20,550 bases of DNA, taken from the NCBI GenBank assembly GCA_008632985.1, contig QPGO01000099.1, forward strand, positions 289,679 through 310,228. Direction: 5' to 3'. Source of the stretch: Psammoneis japonica. Its lineage: Eukaryota. The position numbers were made by a program, and so were the translations under genes. Below the pieces are notes generated by a model. The model saw nothing but the letters and a program-made list of their open reading frames with translations, was not told where the DNA came from and made no database searches. The stretch's first letter is position 1; the number at the start of each line of letters is the position of its first letter. Positions 10,721 through 19,670 of this stretch are shown one piece after another.

Positions 10721-13700
10721 CCAGCGGCCCTTCCCGGGCGCAGCAGCTCTTTGCTGCACCTTCTTGATGGCTTGTCAAGGGTCATTGATGGATGAAAAAA
10801 TCAAACGGCACTCTTTGTCTCTCGCTCGTTCGTCAATTTCAAAACTGAAAAGCTTTGAGTTTGCCACAACATTTTCGGTTGTCAGCCTTGCACAACAATG
10901 GCCGACATTGTTGCTGTTGCTCTCACATGGCTCTTCCCACAAGAAGTGTCCTCCTTTGATGTGTGCCAGCATTTCAAGTGTTGGTCTTAGATTGTTTCTC
11001 TCTCGACGATTTTTTGGTTTCCAGCGGCCAAGCTGTGCAACAACGTGGCGGCTGTGCCGACCAAACTCATTTTTCCATTTTTTTGTGTGGTGTCAAGGGC
11101 ATGTTCATCCTGTCTCTGCAGACTTTTTCAAGCAAACAGAACATGGAATGCATTGACATGGTTGGGAAATCACATCTGAGTTTTGTCACACCACTGGGGG
11201 CACAAAGGCGTGTTTGCAATGTCAAAACACGCAGATGAGAGCAATCAACCACGAGTGCATCAACTTCTCCAACAAAGGTGCAGACAGACAGACAAAAAAA
11301 TGTCATTCCAGACAAGGTCAAAAAGCAACAATGTGCTGACAATGGCGGAACAAATCTGTGCCCAAATGACACCCCAGCCCACTTTCGGAAGTTGAGAGCT
11401 TTCACAGTGTTCCGCGACATGGAGAGTGTTGGTCAGAGCTCTTTTGCAGTGGATCAACCTTGTCTCTTGACCACTCTCCATTTCTGCTTCTGGCTTCATT
11501 GCAATCCATTGAAGCTTGGGTGGGTCCCTCTGCCATCACCTTCTTGGGCTCGACTCCATCCTGCCGTGTTGCCCTGGATTCAACAGCAACACCAGCAGCT
11601 TTGCATCAGGCAACTTTCAAGACTGCTGTGGAGCCAGATGATCCATCAACCACAGACTTGGGTGGACAATGATGCTGCAGCACATCTCATGAACCTTGTC
11701 AAAATCAATCCCAAGTCCAAGGCAGGGCATGCAGCCAACTCGTGGCCACAAAGCAGGTGCCGGTGCCCCACAACCTCCTTGATTTTGTCTGGCTGGAGGC
11801 TGGGATTGGGGTGCCTTTTTGCATGTCCTCTCTCAAGATCATGGTCAATGGTGGCACCAGTGGCCCACAGGAAGTTGGTCCACAGTCAAGCCCTTGACTG
11901 GCATCATGGAAATGTCGTTGCTCCAAGGGCCTGGTCAGAATGCAGGGGTCTGTCAAAAAAGACTTTGAAAAAAGACATTTGTGGCAGTGGCAATGCAAGC
12001 TTCTTGGGAGGTCTGGGCACACTGCATCAAAAGAAAAGAAAGATGAAGAGGAGGACCTTTTGACAGACAGCAAAGCCCATGTCAAACATGTGGGAGGCCC
12101 GCTGCACACGTGCAACAGCAAATCTTCCACCACAACAGTGTTGGAAGTCACCGTTTGACCTCTCACTGTTGTCAATGCTCCCCTGGACGTCAATGGATTG
12201 GTTGACAACATTTTGGAGTTGTTGTCTGAGAATCGCATTTTGGAGTTCTTGGCCATTGCACCCAAGCCAGCCAAAGAGGAAGAGGAGTGCAAGACAAACA
12301 GACCAAACAAAGAAGAAGCCAATGAAGCTGAAGGGGGAAATGCCTCAGAAAAGAAACCCTTGGGAGAATGATTGAACTCAACCTTTGACAAGGTTGGTGG
12401 CTTGGATGCCCAGCTGGACTCCATCATCCATTGTGTTCTTGCCAGTGGCGCCACCCCTGAAGCTGCCAAATGACTGGGCATCAACCATGTCCAAGGCATT
12501 CTTCTGAGTTCTGAGTGGGCCTCCTGGTTGTGGGGTGACCTTGTTGGCAAGAGAGTTGGCAACCTTGTCAGGTGCCCAAGAACAAATTGTCAACGGCCCT
12601 AAAATTCTTGATGAACTCATTCCGAAAAGCAAGTCCAAGCCCTCTTTGCTCCTGCAGAACAGAAATGCAAACAAGCTGGCAACATGTCTGCTTTTTTCAC
12701 ATTGTTGCTCTCAATGAAATGGACGCCATTGCCAGAAAGAGAGGCAGCGTGACAAGCAACATGGCTGGAGTGTGTGGCAGCATTGTCAACCAACTGTTGG
12801 CCATGACATGGATGGAGTCCAAGAGGCCAACAATGTCCTCATTGTTGGACTTGTGTGAATCAACCTGATCTGCTGGATCCAGCGTTGTTGCATCCTGGTT
12901 GACTGGAAGTGCATCTTTGGGCAGAATTGCCTGATGATGCTGGCAGAAAAGACATTCTTTGAGCTCATGCAAGGTCAACAAAGGAGGCAGGAGGAGTCAG
13001 CAAAGATGCCCAAGCATGTCTTGAAGACCTTGGCAAGAAGGGATTGCCTGTCATCACAGAGCACTGCACTGGAGCTGAACTTGCAGAGGCTTGGTGCGGA
13101 GTGCTGCAAGCTTTGCCTTGGCATGCACCACAGTGCAGCAGGATGATGATGGTGCCAATGGTGTTCTTGCAGTCAAAGACCTCAATGATGCCTTGAGAGA
13201 AGTTCGGCCAGTCCTTGGGAAGCAAGATGAAGTTTTGAAGGCAAGATGTCCTCATGGCACTGGCCTTTGCTCTTCTTCCATGAAGCGAGTCCTCTGTGAT
13301 CTTGATCAAATTTGTTGCACTGCCTTTGAGATCTTTCACTTTGGAGTTGGCAGAGTCAATGCCACCAGTTGGTGGTGGCACTGGAAGCAGGTGTGGAGCC
13401 ACTGCGCTTGCCACCCAGACTGCTGGCTGCCAAAGCTTCCTCTCGACTGGAGCATCAGAATTTGTTTGCTTTGCTACAGCACTGGACTTGCTGGTCGATG
13501 GGGGCTGGACAGGCTGCTGCTCTGGCAGAAAAGTTTGTGGAAGCCTGAGAAATGCCCGGGTCTCTTCCAGTTCTGAAGGACATTGACCAAGTTTGTGCGG
13601 GATCTGGACCCAATGGCTGCAGTGGCGCCATGATTTCCACTCTGCGGGCACTGCTGCAAACTCCACCTGGAACATCCACTGCAGCCAAGGCAGGCAGTCA

Positions 13701-13990
13701 GTCCAAGGTGACTGAAAAACACTTTCGAGTCATTGCTGCCACATCAATGTCCAATGCTGCCTGCTCTGTTTTGAATGAGTGCTTTGTCCAAACAGTTGCA
13801 GTTCCCCAGCCAGTTGGATCTGAATCAATGGCACAGCTGCTGCGGGATAGTTTCAGTGCAACTGAGAACATGTCCTCGACCCTGGACGAGGACAAAGTCA
13901 ATGCCATGGCAGATGCCATGAACAACTTGTTTGAGAATGGTGCAGGCGTCAAATTGGCCCTGCGCTTTGTCGAAAAGGCCATTGCCGTGG
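10721..13990. other. Hypermutated domain A: TpA almost absent, CpG depleted, TpG/CpA enriched
   Basis: Manual scan finds only 4 TA dinucleotides in ~3.3 kb (10988, 12600, 13475, 13848) and none in 10990-12599. Flanking DNA has TA on nearly every line. Confidence 0.92.
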
Positions 13991-14124
13991 TTACCATGGA
14001 ACAAAGTCACCTCGCGAATGACGCAGACTTGAAACGTTCACGATTGCACGCCCTGGAAGAAATGATGGAGGACTGCCTCAGCAACGAAGCTGTTGCAAAC
14101 GAAGTTTGCGATGCAACATTCTAG
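11419..14124 (+). pseudogene. Degenerate NSF/Sec18-like (vesicle-fusing) AAA+ ATPase gene, possibly with a bipartite plastid-targeting leader
   Basis: FDKVGGLDAQLDSIIHCVLAS..PEAAK*LGINHVQGILLS/GPPGCGVTLLARELA (12384-12561), IVNGPKILD, HIVALNEMDAIARKRGS (Walker B), SIVNQLLA/MDGV..NNVLIVGL, NQPDLLDPALLHPG*LEVH (second region of homology), EHCTGAELA/GLVRSAASFALA, a degenerate D2, and TAG at 14122-14124. Multiple TGA stops and frameshifts. The 5' start is tentative. Confidence 0.9.
12503..12516 (+). repeat. 7-bp tandem duplication (TCTGAGT x2) frameshifting the gene just before the Walker A motif
   Basis: cttctgagttctgagtgggcctcctggttgtggg; removing one copy restores GILLSGPPGCG. Confidence 0.85.
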
Positions 14125-14388
14125 TAAAACTGCTGTTGCTGCCACTGGTGACATAAATACTACTCCGCTATCCTGACACTGTATTTGACATGGTTGTAGC
14201 TAGAAGAGTTATGGAAGCTGCAATGAGGCCATTTCTCAGAAAGGAATGACACGGATTCATGGCAGCTCCAAAAAATATTGACTCGTCATGCTAAAATGGG
14301 CAGGTAGGGCAAAGGCGTCGAAGGCCTTGTATTCAAAATGGAATGGGCAGATTTGTAGCGCATGAATAAGTAGAAGAAACAGGATTAT

Positions 14389-15530
14389 TTACTCCTTGCC
14401 GGCTTTGGAGAGATCCACAGGAAGTAATCGGCGTTTGAATTCGGCCACCAATTCTTCGTGGGTTCGCTTTGGTTGACCAACATTCAAATAGTACTTGGCC
14501 AATTCATCAAACTTTCCGTTGAGAACCAATGTTCCCACTTCCATTGTTCCAATGCCGTCAAAGATGAGGGAATCGTTCGCAGCGTGCTTGTCCAAATTCT
14601 TCAAAAACAAGTCGGGAAGTTGATACCATGGTAGACCAGGCTCTTCGTGGTGTTCAATGTGGTATCCAGTATTGAAGTTGAGAGAGTTGGAAGGACAGTT
14701 GATGCAGCTCATGGCAGTCTTATAGTTGTTGCCGTAGTCCTCGGGATCAACGAAAATGTGTTCCTTGAAGTTTCCTTGCATCAAACCGAAACTGATAAAG
14801 ATCCACGGAAGAATCAAAGTGAACATGGCGGCGATTGGGCTGTTCATGTAGGCATAGGAAAGAATAGCAACAAAAGTGACCGAGCCTGTAAGAGATTGCA
14901 GTGCCAAGCCAGGCTTGTTCATTTGCATAAGTCGGAATGGCAATTCCAAGTTACCAAACGACCAGAAACGGAACATGTACTTGAAATGATTCCACTTGGA
15001 GGAGCGATCATAATCCATAGTGGAACTCATGTCGTGAGGAGCAACATTGTCAACTGCATGATGCATACCAATGTGGTGAGGGTAGTAGAGGCCAGGAGGA
15101 ATACCAAACATGACGCAAATACCAGCCTTGAAAACGTGGTCCAAGAAACGGTAGGTCGAGTTGAAAATGGAACAATGCGAAATGAAGTGCAATGCCAACA
15201 CGAAAGATCGTCCCCAGCACTTCATATGAATAGCTGTGTATGCAACTCCAAGAATGATTTGTTGGCTCACAGGTAGAAGATTGTTTTGTTCGATGTAGTA
15301 CAACATAACGGCAACTGGCAAACTGGTTGCAAGAATGTTCATGCCACGTAAAAGATTCCTAGGTTTCGGCGATCCTTGCGTCGAAGAAAGGTCTCCACAA
15401 CCCAATCTTCCAAGAACTTGGGAAAGGTGAATAGATGTTCCCGATGCTTTTGCTCATAATCAACGTAGTTGAGAGTCTTCTTGTTTAGAAGTTTCGCCTT
15501 GGTCGATGGTCGGACATCGGCAGCAACCAT
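14389..15530 (-). CDS. Membrane fatty-acid desaturase-like protein with three His boxes; apparent 1-nt frameshift at ~15344
   Basis: Contains HFISH, YYPHHIGMHH, GNFKEHIF and FNTGYHIEHH plus TM segments. The upstream ORF 15530-15339 (MVAADV...LGIFYV) joins MNILATSLP if one base is added at tacgtggcatgaac. Confidence 0.85.
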
Positions 15531-15874
15531 TTCTTGGTCGAAGGACTTTTCAGGAGCCTTGCAAATTAACTATAGCCTTCTTATTTACGATTTCTGTCGA
15601 AACGCCTCAAAAATACAGTGTAAATACGAACAGAGAATCAACAACGGAAGTGATCTCCACAAAGCCAACGCCCAATGCCAAGCAATGCAAGAGTCGCGAG
15701 CGAAGGTTGTCGTGAAAAAAAAATTGGGAAACAATAAATCGGTGTTCGCAGAAACTTGACTAGTTCGACTGATTGTTTTTGCCCAACTTCCCACGCGTTG
15801 CAACACGACAGACAAGCCGACAAACGACAATGGCGAAGAGCCGATGCGGCCCCGTTCTTGAAAACTGCCGGTCA

Positions 15875-15952
15875 GTGGCTAAAAGAATTTTGCATGCAAG
15901 TTGATAGCACTACAATTGAGTTCGTACTTCTATTAAAAAAACTTTTAGCCAC
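15875..15952. repeat. 11-bp perfect inverted repeat (GTGGCTAAAAG / CTTTTAGCCAC) at the border of hypermutated domain B
   Basis: Arms at 15875-15885 and 15942-15952. The match extends imperfectly inward (aatttt vs aaaaaa) and outward (CAGTGG.. vs CTGTGG..). Confidence 0.7.
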
Positions 15953-17599
15953 AGGAACAAATTGAAGAAGATGTGGACCCGGGCTGCTGCAGGAACATGT
16001 TTCTCTCCAAAATTCATCAAAGGCAAATTGGCCTTTGCAAAGTTCTGCTCATTCCTTCAAAAGGGGGCACCGGGTGAATTCCTTAGGAAAATGTGATTGC
16101 ACCCACTTGATGCATGCCATCAAGCCATTGTTGACAAAATTGCCAACAAAAATCTTGGCAGCATTTGGGGTGTCAGCCCAACCCCAGCACTTGGCCCTTT
16201 CGTTTGACAAGGGGTGACTTGATGCTGAGGCTGGCGGTGTTGTTGAAAACTGGAGCAAGGAGAAAGTGCCAAATTTGCATCCACCAGAAAGTCGTGAAGA
16301 CTTGCGTGGCAATGACTTCTTGAGTGTTGGTCTTGTCGCCCTCTCGGTCTCAAAGCCAACACAGAGATTGATGCTTTTGACAAGACACTCAATGTTGCAA
16401 ACAAACTTTGTGTTCTGAAGAAAAAGGAGAGTTGGCAGTGTGACAGCAAGGACAATGATGAGCTGACTTGCAGTGCTTCCACTTCTCAGGGTCTTTCCCA
16501 CTTGGACAGCTTGAGCTCACCTCCAAAATTCAGCTCATCAAAAAAACTCTCTCAGATGGAAATGGCGACAGTGTTCCCAGTTGGCTTTGCATTGACATTG
16601 ACAAGCGGCTCTCCTCAAACAGTTGTTGTCAGCTCAAAATGATGTTGTTGAACATGTTTGACATTTTCAAGCAACGTGTGGCATTGGTTGTTTCTGAATT
16701 TTTCTGAAATTTTTGATTTGTTGTCTTCTGTGTTGATGCTGAGTGTAAATTTGTGTTGTGCGAGCACCACTGTTGCTCATCCGATGTTGTGCCCAAGGAT
16801 TAAAAATGGCCAACAAAGTTGCAATGACTTTGGCGTGGACCAATCAAAAGTGCACTCACTTTGTGTGGACATGCCCAACTTCCCCAGATGGCCTGGAGGA
16901 AGTGTGCCACATCTGCATGGACTCACAGTGAGATTTCACATGACATTCACCTTCTTGCATCTGGATCAGACTTGTCATTGTTCTGCAGATGGAGTGGCAA
17001 CAAAATGGTTTGCATGGTTGTTTGAGTTGCATGCTGATCAACAGAAGCAACTGTCAACAATCAACCAACCACAACTCTGGAGCAGCACGATGATGGAGTG
17101 ATGATGGGGGCAGCACTGCCTGCAAACTCTTGCTTGTTTGCAAAGACAGGAATGGGAAGATGTCAGTGCAATTGTTCACTCAGCCAAATTTCAAGTGTTG
17201 TCTCTCTAAGAAGAAATGTCTTCTTGACATCCATTGAAGTGTTGCAGCAATGGGTGGCTTGCTCCATCCAAGCTGTCTTTAGATGCCATTGGGCACTGTG
17301 TGCTTGTGCTGGACAATGTCCCACAACAGCCATTGCCTGAGCAGAATTCATCCAAACTGCAAAGAAAAGCTGCCTTTGTCAAAGTGCACAACTCTCAAGA
17401 TCTGGAACAGCTTCATGACTTTTTGCATGAGGAGATCAACAAAATGTTTGTCTTGAGATGTTGCAACACAAGAGGCGCCAAAATCAACTGTCAACTTGCA
17501 GCTGTTCAGATCATGGAGTTGAGCAAGAATGGTGTCAGAGCTTGGAGTCAACAGAGCATTTAAAACTTCAGCTCTAGAAGAAGCTCAAATGAAGGCTTT

Positions 17600-18420
17600 G
17601 GACAGAGCATTGCCACAGACTTGCAGCGTGTCATTGGTGACGGAAATTGCCAGCAGCAGTGCACTGTCAGCAATTGTGGTTGTTCCTGTGAAGCCATTGG
17701 CTGCAGTGGGAGTGAGGGTTTGTTTGCCACTGCCGGCCTTCCTTTTGACAACAAAACCTCCATGCTGTTGTCATTGAGTGCACCGGTGAATGTGCTGCCA
17801 CGGCTGCCGGCTCCCAGCATCAGCAAGGAGTTGCCACCTGATGGCAAGTTGGGGATGTGCCGCGCCCGCCATGCCTGAAAGTTTGTCCAGTGATTTGACC
17901 AAGCTGGAGAGGAACAGGCTCAAACCACCACCCACATCAAGGCTGGAGGCATCAGGGATCTGGTTTGATGCCCCACTTCCCAGGCTGATTTGCAGTGTCA
18001 AGTTGTTGACCTGTGCCAATGTCCCCACTGTCCAACGTGCCAAAAAGCCCCACAAAGTTCAATGAACCAACACTCAAGTGTTGCCCATTGTGTTGACTTG
18101 CCCATTGGTGGTGGCATTGTCAATGTGCATCTCCCCCGCAAAGGACAGCTGCCCGCCAGATGCGCTGAGTTGCCCACAAAGACCTCGGCAGCAGAAAAAC
18201 TGTTGCCTGATCCAATCATCATGGTTGGTCTGGCAGTGTGCATGGTGTTGCTGGAGAATGGCACCGCATCACTGAGTGCCACTGTTCCACCAGAAATCTT
18301 CCAGTTGGCCCCATGGCACAATCACCATTGCTGTTGTCATTGCCCCAATGGACATCCGTCATTCTGCAGGCGGCAAAGGCAGAACTGAAAGCGGCAAAGC
18401 TGGTTGCAGCCTGTGGCCAT
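17600..18420 (-). pseudogene. Relic of a bacterial-type secreted protein with an autotransporter-associated beta-strand (PATR) repeat
   Basis: Minus-strand fragments across frameshifts: TDVHWGNDNSNGD..GANWKISGGTV, IGSGNSFSAAEVFVG, LGSGASNQIPDASSLDVGGG, GGNSLLMLGAGSRGSTFTGALND and KAGSGKQTLTPTAANGFTGTTTIADSALLL (17740-17651). The last fits the PATR pattern K.G.G.LTL...N.(Y/F)TG.TT(I/V)..G.L.L. Confidence 0.75.
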
Positions 18421-18825
18421 GCTTGGTGTCTCAGAAGTCATTTTTGTCATTTGTCAATTGCACTTTTCCAAGATCAAGCATGCCTGCTTTGAACAGGCCT
18501 TGACCTGTCATTGGGACAGTGGTGATGGTGAATGGGAAGGTGGCAAGAACCGCCAGAGTGTTGCAAACCAGCTGGCCCATCAGATGTCCTCAAGAATCAT
18601 GATGCCAAGAAGAAGAGGCCCCATCAAAGGTGCAGAAGCTGCCCACATGTGAGGGCAAAAGTGCTTGCAAACACAACTGCTTGCAATGATGTGGGTGTCT
18701 TTTCACCAAGTTTTCTTTGGACCAAAGATTTGCGTCAATGCTCCGTTGCACTTTGGGGCCACTCCTTTGCCCCAGCGGGGGTGCAAAGAGTTCCTTGCAC
18801 TCTTCAGGGCAATGAGGGCTGCACT

Positions 18826-19670
18826 TTAGAATTTGCACTGCTTGATGTTCCAACAGCCGATTGTGAGCATCACAGCAATGAAGAGAGTGCAGCTCTGTGC
18901 TGGCTGCCATGGATCAAATTGAGCATGTTGGGGTGGCTGCTGATGTCTTGGCCAAGCCCCATTGTGCTGGACACTGAGCCGTCAAGGGCATGGGTGTTTT
19001 TGCCAATCATGGTGCAGTGCATCATCCTGCCCAACTCTCCTGGTCATGGCAGAGTCATGCACAGTGGCACCACCATCCCATGGCAAATGGCCGCTGCGCC
19101 AATGCAAATGCCAAAGGGCTGCCAGCCTTCATTGAATTCAGGCAGCTTGGGCTGAGCCTTCATTGAATCCAGGCAGCTTGGGCTGAGAGTTTGCTTCGCC
19201 ATCAATGGGGGCAAGAACCCCATCAACTCTTGCACCTGCACCGCTTGATTGATGAGGAGCATCAAATCAGGGCTGTTGAAGGTCATGGCAGAGATGTTGC
19301 CCTGTGACCAAAGGCTGGCCATTCCCAGTTTCTGCTCACTGCTGTTGTAAATCCAAAGGCTGCAATTCTGAAACAAGAGGGCAAGCCACTTGCCATCATT
19401 GGAGGAGCCGATGAAGCATGGCGGCACTTCACCTTTGGGTGAGAATTCGTGCAGCTCATGCAGCATTTTGGCATCCAGCACAAAGACCTTGGTGCATCCC
19501 TGCAAAGGCCAAGAGTGGTGGCCTTCTGAGCGCTGTTGGCAATTTTCTCATGTTTGCTCTGGGTGCAGTTTCCTTCATCATCTGTGTTGAAGATTGCCAC
19601 ATTGCTGCTGGTGCAAATGGCAACCTGCCACCATGCATTGCTGGTGTCTGTCTGACAGCTCTGCCCAATC
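18826..19670 (-). pseudogene. Relic of the C-terminal part of a bacterial (Planctomycete-like) ABC-2 transporter permease with a beta-propeller-like extracytoplasmic region
   Basis: Fragments QVAICTSSNVAIFNTDDEGNC, LAFAG, KVFVLDAKMLHELHEFSPKGEVPPCFIGSSNDGKWLALLFQNCSLWIY, SQGNISAMTF, VVPLCMTLP*PGELG and DPWQPAQSCTLFIAVMLTIGCWNIKQCKF* (TAA at 18828-18826). The family assignment is from recalled resemblance, not a search. Confidence 0.55.
19124..19185. repeat. 31-bp tandem duplication (1 mismatch) inside the permease relic
   Basis: agccttcattgaattcaggcagcttgggctg (19124-19154) followed by agccttcattgaatccaggcagcttgggctg (19155-19185). Confidence 0.9.

Noticed and set aside
12156..12962. Stop-codon readthrough or an alternative genetic code (TGA = Arg/Trp/Sec) for the AAA+ gene
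   Set aside because: The gene also has frameshifts, a 7-bp duplication and damaged Walker A, Walker B and arginine-finger residues. The TGAs match CGA->TGA decay, and neighbouring genes use the standard code.
10764..14010. Many 60-285 aa ORFs on both strands (e.g. 11705-12562 -, 11278-12063 +, 12965-13675 -) as real genes
   Set aside because: They are by-products of TAA/TAG depletion and are antisense or off-frame pieces of the NSF-like pseudogene.
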